Shown piece after piece: positions 1 through 10,580 of a stretch of DNA of 64,000 bases. The position numbers were made by a program, and so were the translations under genes. The DNA is from an uncultured delta proteobacterium (GTDB lineage: Bacteria; Myxococcota; Myxococcia; Myxococcales; Myxococcaceae), in assembly GCA_963796055.1 (NCBI GenBank), contig CAWCKH010000003.1, positions 128,001 through 192,000 on the forward strand. The letters run 5' to 3'. The notes beneath the pieces were generated by a model that worked only from the letters and a program-made list of their open reading frames with translations, searched no databases and was not told the DNA's origin. Every line of letters begins with the position of its first letter. The first letter of the stretch is position 1.

Positions 1-209
1 TGCCGGGCGTGGAGACGGTGGATGACATGGAGCGGTTGTTCAAGAACCGCGGGGTGAGGCTGGAGCTGCTGTTCCAGCCCGAGCAACCCTGGGCATTGCC
101 GAAGAAGGGCGGCGGGACGCTCACCGGAGTGAAGGCAAAGCTGGAGGCCATCCAGGTGACCTCGCGCACCGGGGCGGTGCTGGCAACGTGGATCGCCTCC
201 GAGAAGTGA
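1..209 (+). CDS. 3' end of a hypothetical protein (truncated by the window edge)
   Basis: Frame is open from the window start to TGA at 207-209 with typical high-GC3 codon usage; no recognisable motif. Confidence 0.6.
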   Translation, partial: PGVETVDDMERLFKNRGVRLELLFQPEQPWALPKKGGGTLTGVKAKLEAIQVTSRTGAVLATWIASEK

Positions 210-264
210 CCGGGGCCGGGTGAGCCGGCCTGGAGTCTCGCGCGCGGCCTGCTCTGAGCGGGCA

Positions 265-552
265 TCAGCTGCCGGAGAGCGGGAGGACCCGGGTCACCGC
301 CGCCGCGCCCTCGCCTGCCACCAGGGCGGCCACGTACTGCCGCGCCAGCGCCGCCGCGTCGATGCCCGGCGGCACCTCGCCGTCGATCTCCCCGCGGAGG
401 AGCTTGTGCTGGACTGCATTCTCGAGCGCGGCCCGGCCGGCCGCGTCCTCGACGGGACTGCTCGTCCATCGCTCCGCCACCTCGATCAGCGCCTGGCGGA
501 CGGTGCGGCGCTTGCCGAGAAGCGGCTCGAACACCGGGTCGTGGGCGCTCAT
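265..552 (-). CDS. Hypothetical protein (~95 aa)
   Basis: ATG at 552 overlaps the TGA of the upstream protease (ATGA coupling); MSAHDPVFEPLLGK... looks like a helical protein. Confidence 0.6.
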   Translation of the reverse strand: MSAHDPVFEPLLGKRRTVRQALIEVAERWTSSPVEDAAGRAALENAVQHKLLRGEIDGEVPPGIDAAALARQYVAALVAGEGAAAVTRVLPLSGS

Positions 553-1946
553 GGAGTCTCCAGCACCAGGCGCTTCGGCTTTCCCTGCCGCTCGATCTCC
601 AGGGTCAGGCGGCTCCCCGCGGACCGCTCGGCCAGCGCCGAGCGGAAGCTCTCCACGCTCGCCACCCGCTGCCCCGCGGCCTCCACCACCACGTCGCCCA
701 TCCGCACCCCGGCCTTCGCCGCCGGCCCGTTCGGCGCCACCTGGACCACCCACGCGCCGAAGGGCGAGCGTGCACCCAGCCGGCCCGCGGAGTCGGCGTC
801 CAGGTCCGAGATGGTGAGCCCCAGCCGGTCCAGGTCACCCTGCGACTGCAGCTCGCCGGTCGGGCCTCCGGCGGGCGCGGGCCGCACCGGACGCTCGGCG
901 ACCCGCGCGGTGAATTCCCGGGCCGCGGTGCCGCGCTGGACGCCCATCCGCACCAGGGTACCCGGGGCGAGCAGGGAGATCTTCCGGAGCAGCTGGAGGT
1001 ACGAGTCGACCGGACGTCCGTTGATGGTCGTCACCCGGTCACCGGCCCGGAGCCCCGCCGCCGCTGCCGGGCCACCGGGGTACACGTCCACCACCTGCGC
1101 GGCGTGCTTCCCCGGCTCCTCCACCACCGTCATCCCCAGCCATCCTCGCTCCACGTGACCGTTATCGAGGAGGTTGGGAAGCAGGTCCTTGACCATGTTG
1201 ATCGGCACGGCGAAGCCGATGCCCTGGGCATTGCTGATCACCGCGCTGTTCACTCCCACCACCTCACCGCGCATGTTGAAGAGCGGCCCGCCGCTGTTGC
1301 CGGGATTGATCAGTGCGTCGGTCTGGATGAAGTCGTCCAGCGGGCCCACGCCCAGCACCCGCTCCTTCGCCGAGATGAGGCCGTGCGAGACGCTGCGGTC
1401 GAGACCGAAGGGGTTTCCGATGGCCACCACCCAGTCGCCCACCTCGAGGCGGTCCGAATCGCCGAGGACGACCGATGGGAGGTCCGTCCCGTCCAGCACG
1501 TGGAGCAGCGCCAGGTCGGTGTCGGGGTCGCTGCCCACCAGCTCGGCGTCGAACAGCCGCCCGTCGGCGAGCCGCACCTGGATCCACTGCGCGTCCTTCA
1601 CCACGTGGTGATTGCTGACCACGTAGCCCTCGGGCCCCAGCAGGAAGCCGGACCCGGTAGCGGTCGGGACGCGACCGGCGATGATGCCCTCCACCGGCTC
1701 GGAGTAGGTCAGGACGTTGAGCACTCCGGGACTCACTGCGCGGATCAGCGGGGCCAGGGAGCCGGGGGCCGAGAAGCCCACCAGGAAGGGACCCGAGCCG
1801 TTGCGCTCTCGCCAGAGCGGCGTCTTGGCGTTGGTCGCCCGGTCTCCTTGCTCGAACGCCCGAGCACGCTCGCGCGCCCAGTCCTCGAATGCGTGCTGGG
1901 GCCCGGTGGCGGCGAGTGCCAGGGCGAGAAAGGCGGAGAGCGGCAC
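549..1946 (-). CDS. HtrA/DegP-family serine endoprotease with two PDZ domains
   Basis: Signal peptide, GSGF, SNHHVV (His), DLALL (Asp), QTDALINPGNSGGPL (Ser), two PDZ repeats (GPAAAAGLRAGD, GPAAKAGVRMGD). Confidence 0.93.
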   Translation of the reverse strand: MPLSAFLALALAATGPQHAFEDWARERARAFEQGDRATNAKTPLWRERNGSGPFLVGFSAPGSLAPLIRAVSPGVLNVLTYSEPVEGIIAGRVPTATGSGFLLGPEGYVVSNHHVVKDAQWIQVRLADGRLFDAELVGSDPDTDLALLHVLDGTDLPSVVLGDSDRLEVGDWVVAIGNPFGLDRSVSHGLISAKERVLGVGPLDDFIQTDALINPGNSGGPLFNMRGEVVGVNSAVISNAQGIGFAVPINMVKDLLPNLLDNGHVERGWLGMTVVEEPGKHAAQVVDVYPGGPAAAAGLRAGDRVTTINGRPVDSYLQLLRKISLLAPGTLVRMGVQRGTAAREFTARVAERPVRPAPAGGPTGELQSQGDLDRLGLTISDLDADSAGRLGARSPFGAWVVQVAPNGPAAKAGVRMGDVVVEAAGQRVASVESFRSALAERSAGSRLTLEIERQGKPKRLVLETP

Positions 1947-1962
1947 GAGTCGGAGGCCGACT

Positions 1963-2574
1963 CTACGCCTTCGCGGGCTCCACGTACCGGCCCACCTTCA
2001 CCCGGCCGGGGCGGATGACCCGGCCACGCATGGCGTACCCGGCCCGCTGCTCGGAGAGCACCCGGTCACCTTGCTCCGGCGAGGACACCATCTCCATGTC
2101 CACCGCCTCGGCGGCGTTGGGGTCGTAGGGACGCCCCACCAGGTCCAGCCGCTCGATGCCGCTGGCGGAAAGCTTCTGGAGCAGCTTGTCCCGGATGAGA
2201 CGGATGCCCTGGGCGAAGGGAGAGCCGTCATCGGCGGCGAGCGAGTGGTCCAGCTCGTCGATGGCCTCGATGAGCGCCAGGGCCACGTTCCCCTTCTCCA
2301 CCTCGAGCAGGCGGTCGCGCTCGCGCTGGAGGCGCTGCTTGAACTCTTCCCGGTCGCGCATCACGTCCTGGATGCCGCGCGCCAGCTCGTCCACGCGGCG
2401 ACGGGCGGCGTCCAGCTCGGTCCGGAGCTGCGTCGCCTCGTCGGGCGCCTCGGGCTCCGAGCCTGCGGCGGGGGCCTCGGGCGCGGGCGCAGTCTCGGAC
2501 TGGGTCTCGGGAACGCCCGCCCGGGGGGTCCCGTCGGGATTGTACCGGCGCTTGTCGTTCACTCGGACGGTCAT
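1963..2574 (-). CDS. grpE: Nucleotide exchange factor GrpE
   Basis: Coiled-coil N-half, then YDPNAAEAV...GYAMRGRVIRPGRVKVG, matching the GrpE C-terminal signature. Confidence 0.9.
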   Translation of the reverse strand: MTVRVNDKRRYNPDGTPRAGVPETQSETAPAPEAPAAGSEPEAPDEATQLRTELDAARRRVDELARGIQDVMRDREEFKQRLQRERDRLLEVEKGNVALALIEAIDELDHSLAADDGSPFAQGIRLIRDKLLQKLSASGIERLDLVGRPYDPNAAEAVDMEMVSSPEQGDRVLSEQRAGYAMRGRVIRPGRVKVGRYVEPAKA

Positions 2575-2586
2575 CGCTCGGCTGGC

Positions 2587-2614
2587 AACCTAACCAGACC
2601 GTCCATGCTGTCAA
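2587..2614 (-). promoter_or_regulatory. Putative sigma70-type promoter for the grpE-htrA operon
   Basis: Minus strand reads TTGACA-N16-TAGGTT, ending ~12 nt upstream of the grpE ATG. Confidence 0.45.
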
Positions 2615-3144
2615 CGCCTCTTCCAGTCCAGAAGCAGACGTCCCTCAGGCGTGTGATTCGCCCCAGGCGGCTGTCGCCCCGGTGGGCTCGTCCGCATCTC
2701 CGGTCGGTTGGTCCCGCCGATGCTGATCAGCCCGGCCCGGGCGTCGAACCCGTCCATCTCGGCGAGCATCTGGTTGAGCGTCTGCTCCCGCTCGTCGTGC
2801 CCGCCCACCGCTCCGTCGCTGCGGGTCTTGCCGATGGCGTCCAGCTCGTCGATGAAGATGATGCACGGGGCCTTCGCCTGGGCCTGGGCGAAGAGGTCGC
2901 GCACCCGCGCCGCCCCCACCCCGACGAACATCTCCACGAACTCCGAGCCGGAGAGGGAGAAGGACGGCACCCCGGCCTCGCCGGCCACCGCCCGGGCGAG
3001 CAGCGTCTTGCCCGTCCCCGGAGGGCCGACCAGGAGCACGCCCTTGGGGATGCGTCCGCCGAGCTTCCGGAGCTTCTCCGGCGTGCGGAGGAACTCGACG
3101 ATCTCCCGCAGCTCGTCCACCGCCTCGTCGATGCCACAATCCAC
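2611..3144 (-). pseudogene. Fragment of an FtsH-like AAA protease (AAA core only)
   Basis: [16 protein letters not shown]...GPPGTGKT...[11 protein letters not shown]...[12 protein letters not shown]...TNRPE; similarity stops near 2695; no TM or M41 protease domain. Confidence 0.8.
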
Positions 3145-3372
3145 GGCGCGGTGGCCGAGACCCGCCTGGTTTTCTCGTGCTTGCGCCCACGCGGATTGAC
3201 GCCCGCCGGGTCGTTGGAGGAGGAACGCACGCCGCTCCCGGAGATGGGCATGGACCGTGGGACGGCAACGCCGCTTCGCTGCCCGGGTGTCGGGCGGGCT
3301 TGAGAAGCCCGCAGCTCCATCGTACGAGTGTCGACGGCGCCGCCCCTGGCGCCGCGGACGGAGGTCACGAGG

Positions 3373-5031
3373 ATGGCGGGACGGGTGATCCGGGCCCCCC
3401 GGGGAAGCGAGCGCAGCTGCCGCGGCTGGGTGCAGGAGGCCGCGATGCGAATGCTCATGAACAACCTCGACCCGGAGGTGGCCGAGCGGCCCGGGGACCT
3501 GGTGGTCTACGGCGGCACCGGGAAAGCGGCGCGGGACTGGCCCTCGTTCGACCGGATGGTGGCGACGCTCCGGGCGCTGGGCGACGACGAGACGATGCTG
3601 GTCCAGTCCGGGAAGCCGGTGGGAGTGCTCCGGACCCATCCCGACGCGCCCCGCGTGCTGCTGGCGAACTCGAACCTGGTCGGACGCTGGTCCACCTGGG
3701 AGGTGTTCCGCGAGCTCGAGGCGAAGGGCCTGATGATGTACGGGCAGATGACCGCGGGCTCGTGGATCTACATCGGCACGCAGGGGATCTTGCAGGGCAC
3801 CTACGAGACGTTCGCCCAGGCAGGGCGGACCCACTTCGGCAGCGACGACCTCTCGGGCCGGCTGGTGCTCTCGGGAGGCCTCGGCGGAATGGGTGGGGCC
3901 CAGCCGCTGGCGGCGACGATGAACGGCGCGGTGTTCCTCGGGGTCGAGGTGGATCCAGAGAGGGCCCGGCGCCGGGTCGAGCACCGCTACCTCGACGTCA
4001 TCGCCCGGGACCTGGACGATGCGCTGGCCCAGGTGGAGACGGCCCGCGCCCGGAGGCAAGCCCGGTCCATCGCGGTCATCGGGAACGCGGCGGACGTCTA
4101 CCCCGAGCTGGTCCGCCGCGGCATCGCGCCGGACCTGGTGACCGACCAGACGTCGGCGCACGATCCGCTGAACGGGTACATCCCCCGTGGGCTCTCGCTC
4201 ACCGAGGCGGCGGAGCTGCGCCGGACGCGTCCCGAGGAGCACGTGCGCCGCGCACAGGAGTCGATGGGATTCCAAGTAAAGGCGATGCTGGAGATGAAGG
4301 CGGCCGGAAGCCACGTCTTCGATTACGGCAACAACATCCGCGCCGGCGCGCAGGCCGCGGGGCTGAAGAACGCCTTCGACTTCCCGGGATTCGTCCCGGC
4401 CTACATCCGTCCGCTCTTCTGCGAGGGCTCGGGCCCGTTCCGGTGGGTAGCGCTGTCGGGCGACCCGGAGGACATCCGTCGGACGGATCGCGCGGTGCTG
4501 GAGCTGTTCCCGGAGAAGACGGGGCTCGCGCGGTGGATCCGCATGGCCAGCGAGCGGGTGGCGTTCCAGGGACTGCCCGCACGCATCTGCTGGCTCGGCT
4601 ACGGCGAGCGGCACCGGGCAGGGCTGGCCTTCAACGAGCTGGTGCGCCGGGGCGAGGTGAAGGCACCGATCGTCATCGGACGCGACCACCTCGACTGCGG
4701 CTCGGTGGCCTCGCCCAACCGGGAGACCGAGGCGATGAAGGACGGCTCGGACGCGGTGGCGGACTGGCCCATCCTGAACGCGCTGGTGAACGCGGTGAAC
4801 GGCGCGAGCTGGGTCAGCGTGCACAACGGCGGCGGGGTGGGCATCGGCTACTCGCTGCACGCCGGGCAGGTCATCGTCGCCGATGGGACCGAGGCAGCCG
4901 CGCGGCGCATCGAGCGGGTGCTCACCTCGGACCCGGGCATGGGCGTGCTTCGCCACGTCGACGCGGGCTACTCCGAGGCGGTCGAGGTGGCCCGCGCGCG
5001 CGGGGTGAAGGTGCCCGGCATCACGGGCTGA
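3373..5031 (+). CDS. hutU: Urocanate hydratase
   Basis: [72 protein letters not shown] before ATG 3373 (alternative GTG 3328). Confidence 0.97.
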   Translation: MAGRVIRAPRGSERSCRGWVQEAAMRMLMNNLDPEVAERPGDLVVYGGTGKAARDWPSFDRMVATLRALGDDETMLVQSGKPVGVLRTHPDAPRVLLANSNLVGRWSTWEVFRELEAKGLMMYGQMTAGSWIYIGTQGILQGTYETFAQAGRTHFGSDDLSGRLVLSGGLGGMGGAQPLAATMNGAVFLGVEVDPERARRRVEHRYLDVIARDLDDALAQVETARARRQARSIAVIGNAADVYPELVRRGIAPDLVTDQTSAHDPLNGYIPRGLSLTEAAELRRTRPEEHVRRAQESMGFQVKAMLEMKAAGSHVFDYGNNIRAGAQAAGLKNAFDFPGFVPAYIRPLFCEGSGPFRWVALSGDPEDIRRTDRAVLELFPEKTGLARWIRMASERVAFQGLPARICWLGYGERHRAGLAFNELVRRGEVKAPIVIGRDHLDCGSVASPNRETEAMKDGSDAVADWPILNALVNAVNGASWVSVHNGGGVGIGYSLHAGQVIVADGTEAAARRIERVLTSDPGMGVLRHVDAGYSEAVEVARARGVKVPGITG

Positions 5032-5101
5032 ACGTCCGAGATTGCCGAGAGGCGGCCCCGAGCGCGATGCTCCGCCACGGCCGAGGACGGCCCAACCGGC
5101 G

Positions 5102-6364
5102 ATGAACCATCCCTTCGACCTCCTCGTCCGCAATGCCGGGACGCTCTTCACCGCCGACGGTCCGGGCGAAGGAAACGCCGAGCAGCTGCTCGCGCCGATC
5201 CGGCGCGGTGCAGTCGGCATCCAGGACGCGCATGTGGCGTGGATCGGCGCCGAGGGAGACGTTCCGGCGGAGAGCATCGCGCCCTCCACGAAGATCCTCG
5301 ACGCCGGAGGAGGCCTGGTCGCGCCGGGCTTCGTCGACGCGCACACCCATCTGGTGTGGGCGGGAGATCGCTCCCACGAGTTCGCCCTCCGCTGCGCTGG
5401 CGCCGACTACCTGTCCATCGCCCGGGGCGGCGGAGGGATCGCCTCCACCGTGCGAGCGGTGCGTGAGGCCTCCGACGAGACTCTCATCGCCCTCGCCCTC
5501 GCCCGCCTCCAGCGGCTTCTCGCCCAGGGGGTCACCACCGCCGAGGTGAAGAGCGGCTACGGGCTGGACGCCGACACCGAGCTGCGGATGCTGCGGGTCA
5601 TCGACCTGCTCGGCAGCCGCCAGCCCATCCGGCTCCTGCGCACGTTCCTCTGGCCGCATGCGATGCCACCCGGGAGCACCGACCGGACCGGTTTCCTCGC
5701 CCGGGGACACGAGGTCTTGCACGAGGTGGCGCGCACCGGCATGGCCCGCTTCGCCGATGCGTTCGTGGAAGAAGGGGCGTTCGGTCAGGACGAGGTCCGT
5801 CCCTTCCTCGAGGAGGCCCGCCAGCTGGGACTCGGGCTCAAGCTCCACGTGGACCAGCTCCATGCCGGCCGGGGTGCCCAGTTCGCGGCGAGCCTCGCGG
5901 CGATCTCCGCCGACCACCTCGAGTGGGTCGACCCCGAGGGCATCGACGCGCTCGCGCGGGCGCACGTCACCGCGGTGCTCATCCCCACCGCCACCCTCGT
6001 CCTCCGTCTCCCGCGCCCTGCGCCTGGACGTGCGCTGGTGGACGCAGGCGTGGGCGTGGCCATCGCCACCAACTGCAATCCGGGCAGCGCGCCGAGCGAG
6101 AACCTGGCGCTGGCGCTCTCGCTGGCCTGCCTGCAGAACGGCCTCACGCCGGCCGAGGCACTCCTGGGGGTCACCCGGCGGGGCGGCGAGGCGCTCGGGG
6201 ACAGCTCGCTGGGCAGGCTGCGGGTGGGGGGACCGGCGGATCTGGTGGTGCTCGGTGCGCCCGACGTGGACCACCTCGTCGCCCACATCGCCACCAGCCA
6301 CGTGCAGGCGGTGGTGCGCGCCGGGCGCGTCGTCCTGCGTTCGGACGCCAACGCCCGGTGCTGA
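5102..6364 (+). CDS. hutI: Imidazolonepropionase
   Basis: [55 protein letters not shown]; follows hutU. Confidence 0.93.
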   Translation: MNHPFDLLVRNAGTLFTADGPGEGNAEQLLAPIRRGAVGIQDAHVAWIGAEGDVPAESIAPSTKILDAGGGLVAPGFVDAHTHLVWAGDRSHEFALRCAGADYLSIARGGGGIASTVRAVREASDETLIALALARLQRLLAQGVTTAEVKSGYGLDADTELRMLRVIDLLGSRQPIRLLRTFLWPHAMPPGSTDRTGFLARGHEVLHEVARTGMARFADAFVEEGAFGQDEVRPFLEEARQLGLGLKLHVDQLHAGRGAQFAASLAAISADHLEWVDPEGIDALARAHVTAVLIPTATLVLRLPRPAPGRALVDAGVGVAIATNCNPGSAPSENLALALSLACLQNGLTPAEALLGVTRRGGEALGDSSLGRLRVGGPADLVVLGAPDVDHLVAHIATSHVQAVVRAGRVVLRSDANARC

Positions 6365-6567
6365 AGAAAGTTCCAGCCCGGGTCTCCCGATGAGGCCCGG
6401 ACCGGAACAGGGCTTTCCCGCTCTGCCTCCGACCACCGGAGGGCAGAACACCCATGCCCGCGCGAACACAGATCACGCCTTTACATTCCGAAACAGGGAG
6501 TTCCTGCAGTGGGTGGCGCGCGCCCCGCTGCGAACGTCACGCGGCTCGTGTATGAAGAGTAAAGTCC

Positions 6568-7416
6568 ATGTGTCGGCTGTTCGGTTTCCGGTCCGCGGCG
6601 TCGGAACGGGTACATGACGCCCTGGTACTCGAGCGCAACTCGTTGCGCCGGCAATCCCTCGAGCATCCGGACGGATGGGGAATCGCGTCATGGCAGGACG
6701 GCGGCCCCCCTCAGGTCGCCCGCGGACTGGGCGCGGCCCACCTGGATCCCGAGTTCGAACGGATCAGCAGTGCGGTGCAGGCCCGCACCGTCCTCGCCCA
6801 TCTGCGGCTGGCCTCGGTCGGTTCGGTGAAGCTGGACAACGCGCACCCTTTCACCCACGGCCGCTGGGCCTTCGCTCACAACGGCACGCTGCACGCGTTC
6901 GACCGGCACCGCGCGGCGATCGAGGCGCTCATCGCCCCGGCGTACCGCGCCTTTCGTGGCGACACCGATTCCGAGCGCTGCTTCGCGCTGTTCCTCACCC
7001 GCCTCGCGTCTCGAGCCGATCCCGACCAGCAGCCCTCCCTCCGGGACGTGCAGTGGGCGCTGGCCACCGCCATGGACGAGATCGCCCGCATCACCGACGT
7101 GGACGTGGGCAATGGCAAGCGCTCGGCGATGAACTTCCTGGTCACCGACGGGGACCTGCTCGCCGCCACCCGGCGCGACCGCACCCTCTTCTTCGCCGCC
7201 GAGTCGGACGAGAACGTTCCATTCCGCGACCGCCCTGCCACCGGCACCCGGGTATTCGCCCTGGAGGTCGCCAGCGAGGAGCTGCAGGGCCCGGACGTCT
7301 GGCACGAGGTTCCCCAGGACGGCGTGATTGGCATCGACCGGGACCTCGCCTTCGTGGAAACCTCGCTCGCGACGCTGCTTCAGCGCACCGCGGGCACGCT
7401 CGCCCGCACGGGGTGA
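6568..7416 (+). CDS. Class II (Ntn) glutamine amidotransferase, YafJ/EgtC-like
   Basis: N-terminal MCRLFG, HPDGWG, AHLRLAS, NAHPF, FAHNG, GDTDSE. Confidence 0.9.
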   Translation: MCRLFGFRSAASERVHDALVLERNSLRRQSLEHPDGWGIASWQDGGPPQVARGLGAAHLDPEFERISSAVQARTVLAHLRLASVGSVKLDNAHPFTHGRWAFAHNGTLHAFDRHRAAIEALIAPAYRAFRGDTDSERCFALFLTRLASRADPDQQPSLRDVQWALATAMDEIARITDVDVGNGKRSAMNFLVTDGDLLAATRRDRTLFFAAESDENVPFRDRPATGTRVFALEVASEELQGPDVWHEVPQDGVIGIDRDLAFVETSLATLLQRTAGTLARTG

Positions 7417-7419
7417 GCC

Positions 7420-8409
7420 ATGCCCTTCAACGTGCAGCAGGTCCGGGCCGCCATCGAGCAGGCCCAGGACAACGCCCTCGCCCAGCAGGGGCTGTCGGGC
7501 TCCAGGCAGTTCGCCCGTCCCTCGGTGGAGCACGTCTCGCTCGGCCGCGGACTGCGGGTGGTCATCCTCCTGGTGCTCTGGGCAGCAGGGAGCGTCGTCT
7601 CCTTCCTGCTCGGCCTCGGCGCCGGAGGGCTGCCCGCGGCGGGCATCACCCTTCCCTTCGGGGTCATCGTCTCCTTCTTCGTCGCGCTCTACCTGAGCCA
7701 CATCGTGCGGGTGGCGGCGCAGTGGGAGCGGGGAGTGCTGCTGCGGCTGGGAAAGTTCCACGGGCTCAAGGGCCCCGGGGTCATCCTGGTATTCCCGGTC
7801 CTGGACTCGGTCCGGTTCGTCGACACCCGGCTGCTCACGCTCGACATCCCGCACCAGCAGGTCATCACCCGGGACAACGTGCCGGTCCGCGTGGACGGGG
7901 TCATCTTCTTCCGGATCGGTGACCCCGAGCGGGCGGTCATCACCGTGCAGGACTACCGGTTCGCGGTCTCCCAGTACGCCCAGGCCTCGCTCCGCGACGT
8001 CATCGGGAGCATGACCCTGGACGAGCTGCTCAGCGAACGCGACAGGATCCAGTCGCAGATCGCCTCGGTGGTGGAGAGCCGGGCCTCCAGCTGGGGCACG
8101 CACATCGACTCCATCCGCCTGCTGGACATCGACATGCCCGAGGACCTGAAGCGCATGATGTCGCGTCAGGCGTCCGCCGAGCGCGAGAAGCGGGCCACCA
8201 TCACCAAGGCCGAGGGCGACCGCGACGCCGCGCTCAACCTCGCCGCCGCGGCGGCGACCATGGCGTCCAGCCCCGGGGCGATGCAGCTGCGGACCCTGCA
8301 GACGCTCGACGGTCTCGGCTCCTCGCCCTCCAACACCGTGGTGCTGGCGGTCCCGGTCGAGGTGCTCGAGCTGGCCCAGGTGCTGTCCAAGGGACGGACC
8401 GGGAGCTGA
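7420..8409 (+). CDS. SPFH/band-7 (stomatin/slipin) membrane protein
   Basis: Two TM segments, then QWERGVLLRLGK...GPG, QQVITRDNV, SLRDVIG, AEREKRA. Confidence 0.9.
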   Translation: MPFNVQQVRAAIEQAQDNALAQQGLSGSRQFARPSVEHVSLGRGLRVVILLVLWAAGSVVSFLLGLGAGGLPAAGITLPFGVIVSFFVALYLSHIVRVAAQWERGVLLRLGKFHGLKGPGVILVFPVLDSVRFVDTRLLTLDIPHQQVITRDNVPVRVDGVIFFRIGDPERAVITVQDYRFAVSQYAQASLRDVIGSMTLDELLSERDRIQSQIASVVESRASSWGTHIDSIRLLDIDMPEDLKRMMSRQASAEREKRATITKAEGDRDAALNLAAAAATMASSPGAMQLRTLQTLDGLGSSPSNTVVLAVPVEVLELAQVLSKGRTGS

Positions 8410-8417
8410 AAAGGCGA

Positions 8418-8445
8418 GGCCCCCGGGGATGCGCTCCCGGGGGCC
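8418..8445. terminator. GC-rich hairpin between convergent genes
   Basis: GGCCCCCGGG-8 nt loop-CCCGGGGGCC, a perfect 10-bp stem just after the slipin stop. Confidence 0.5.
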
Positions 8446-8483
8446 ACGTCCAGTCCGGAGGGGGTGACGTCCGGACCGGCAGA

Positions 8484-9173
8484 CTACGTCGGACAGCTCG
8501 GATTGCTCGGGTCGCAGAAGTAGCCGCCGTCGGGCGTGCCGGCATCGGGGTCCCCGCCCTGGCCGGCGTCGGAACCGGCGTCGCTGGGCGTGCCGGGCGC
8601 AGGGAGGGGAGCGGGAGCGCAGCTCGTCGGCTCCACGGCCTCGGTCTTCACCCGGATGACCGGACGGAGGATCCACTCCGGAATGGGGCCGCCGGTCTCG
8701 TGGTAGGCGATGGAGTTCTTCCCGTCGAAGTCGATGGTCAGCGTGTGCTTCGTGCAGGCGCTCACCGTGAACGGGCCCTTCAGCTTCTCGCCCGAGGTGG
8801 ATCCGCTCGGGGTCTTCAGCGGGGCGTGGGTGCCGTCGGCAAGCTCCACGTACTGTGTTCCATCGGGCTTGAGCTGCAGCCGGATCTCGCTCACCGTCCC
8901 TGCCGGTAGCGACACCTCGCCGAGCTGCATCGGGAAGTTCTGGAGCGCGAGCAGGTCGACGGTGATCTCATCGTCGCGGACGGTCACCCAGCCAGCCTGA
9001 TCCGAGTGAACGGTGACCTTGTCCACCGTGACGACGATGCCCTTGACCTCGGGCGAGGGCGCGTCGACCAGCTCGAGGGCCAGCGTGCCGTAGCCGGAGT
9101 TGCCCGCGCCACAGCCCGTCAGGGCCAGCGCGGCGGCGGCGGCAAACATCGAACGAAGGAAGCGAGAAGACAT
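8484..9173 (-). CDS. DUF4382-like lipoprotein
   Basis: Lipobox ALTGC; LELVDAP...VVTVDKV...VDLLAL...PSGSTSG.KL...IDFDGKNSI...LRPVI; GGAGG RBS; low-complexity DAG tail ending in a Cys pair. Confidence 0.8.
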   Translation of the reverse strand: MSSRFLRSMFAAAAALALTGCGAGNSGYGTLALELVDAPSPEVKGIVVTVDKVTVHSDQAGWVTVRDDEITVDLLALQNFPMQLGEVSLPAGTVSEIRLQLKPDGTQYVELADGTHAPLKTPSGSTSGEKLKGPFTVSACTKHTLTIDFDGKNSIAYHETGGPIPEWILRPVIRVKTEAVEPTSCAPAPLPAPGTPSDAGSDAGQGGDPDAGTPDGGYFCDPSNPSCPT

Positions 9174-9227
9174 TCGGTCGAACCTCCCGAGGTGGGCCCG
9201 TGGTGGGCCGTGCGCGCCGGGGCCGTG

Positions 9228-9243
9228 TGCACTCCGCTTGCCA
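9228..9243 (-). promoter_or_regulatory. Sigma54 (-24/-12) promoter for the DUF4382 lipoprotein
   Basis: Minus strand TGGCAAGCGGAGTGCA = GG-N10-GC, 55 nt upstream of the ATG. Confidence 0.6.
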
Positions 9244-9380
9244 GCCAGGCCGCAAACCAGGATTTCCCGACCACCCTGAGCTCCGGACCGCGGACTTCCC
9301 AGAGGAAATGATGTGCGCCGGTGTCCCTCAACGAGCGCCATCCGCCGGTAGCCGCGCGGTGAGTGGGACTGCCCCTGCCG

Positions 9381-9417
9381 TGTACCGTTTGGTGCAGTGG
9401 CTGTCCCGGTTGGGACG
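9381..9417. promoter_or_regulatory. Two tandem dyads, candidate enhancer (UAS) for a bEBP
   Basis: TGTACC-GTTT-GGTGCA (9381-9396) and TGTCCC-GGTT-GGGACG (9402-9417), starts 21 bp apart, lying between two sigma54 promoters. Confidence 0.45.
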
Positions 9418-9461
9418 GCCTGGAGCCGACGAACCCAGAAGCTCGTGAGGCGAGTGGTGGG

Positions 9462-9477
9462 CGGCACGACCGTTGCT
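9462..9477 (+). promoter_or_regulatory. Sigma54 (-24/-12) promoter for the 9494-14567 operon
   Basis: CGGCACGACCGTTGCT, a close match to TGGCACG-N4-TTGC(A/T). Confidence 0.7.
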
Positions 9478-9493
9478 GTAGGAACGCTCCAGG

Positions 9494-9898
9494 ATGTTCC
9501 GCTGCGCGCTGATGCTCGGACTGCTGCTGGCCTGGACGGCCGGCGCGGAGGAGCTCGCGCCGCACACCCGCGCTTTGCTGCACGAGGCGCTGGAAGCGAG
9601 ACTGGCGCTGCCCAGCGAGCCTCCGTCCCTGCAGCGGCCGGTCCTGCCATCCGCCCTGCCCGGCCCGGCGGCCGCCGCGACGCGGGAGTCCAACGCGGCC
9701 GCGACCCGGGCCGCGGACGCCGCCGTTGCAAACCAGGCTGCCCAGGATGTGGCCAACGGCAAGGGGAAGGCCAAGGACGCCAACGAATCCACCCGGAACG
9801 CCGCCGGCCAGGCTCGTGCGGCCGAGGCCCGGGCGACGGGTGGAGACGGCGCCACCCACGGGAACAAGGGCGGCAACGGCCACGGCAAGAAGCCGTAG
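9494..9898 (+). CDS. Secreted Ala-rich hypothetical protein
   Basis: Signal peptide (LLLAWTAGA), Ala/Asn-rich body, GNKGGNGHGKKP tail. Confidence 0.7.
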   Translation: MFRCALMLGLLLAWTAGAEELAPHTRALLHEALEARLALPSEPPSLQRPVLPSALPGPAAAATRESNAAATRAADAAVANQAAQDVANGKGKAKDANESTRNAAGQARAAEARATGGDGATHGNKGGNGHGKKP

Positions 9899-9962
9899 CC
9901 CCGTTCCTCCGCCTCCGACTCGCCCGCCTGGTTGAGCGCGCAGCCGTCCGGGGCTGGACGAC

Positions 9963-10580
9963 GTGAGCCCCGGTGGCGTGGCGGTGCTCGCGCTGCTGCT
10001 CGCGGCGGAGCCCGGAACCCCTGCGTCGGAGCCGCACCTGGTCGCCGGGGCCGAGGCGTTCCGCGCGGAGTCGTACGCCAGGGCGCTGGTCGAATTTCGC
10101 GTGGCGGAGGCGCTCGGCTCCACCGAGGCCTCCTGGTACGCCGCCGCCTCTCTGCTGAAGCTCGGGCGGGCCGAGGACGCGGTCGAGGCGTTCGTCCTGG
10201 CCGAGCGAGGCAACCGGGCTGCCGCGGATGCGCTGCTCGAGGTCTACCGGGGGCAGGCCTGCTACGCCGCACGCCTGTACCTCTGCGCGGACCGCTGGTT
10301 CGCGTCCGCCGGAGCCCGGGCAGGCCCGCGGCTCGCGCCCCAGCTCGAGGCCCTGCGCGGCGCCATCCGCGACGCGCTCCAGCCGGCCCTGCTGGACCCG
10401 GCCATCGATCGCCTCCTGTCTCGGGTGACCGAGCTGGCAGGGACGCGCTCGGCGCTCGCCTCCGCCTACGCCGACGAGGCGACGGGGCTCGCCGCACGCT
10501 CTCCCACCCGGCACCGTCAGGCGGAGGCGACAGCGCTCTCCACCAGGCTCACTGCGCCGCCCGTGAGGGGGAGCCGATGA
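9963..10580 (+). CDS. Secreted TPR-like hypothetical protein
   Basis: Hydrophobic N-terminus; GAEAFRAESYARALVEF...WYAAASLLKLGRAEDAVEAF helical-repeat pattern. Confidence 0.7.
   Translation: MSPGGVAVLALLLAAEPGTPASEPHLVAGAEAFRAESYARALVEFRVAEALGSTEASWYAAASLLKLGRAEDAVEAFVLAERGNRAAADALLEVYRGQACYAARLYLCADRWFASAGARAGPRLAPQLEALRGAIRDALQPALLDPAIDRLLSRVTELAGTRSALASAYADEATGLAARSPTRHRQAEATALSTRLTAPPVRGSR

Noticed and set aside
2611..5346. 911-aa ORF as one protein
   Set aside because: Mostly the antisense shadow of hutU; only the last ~180 codons carry FtsH similarity.
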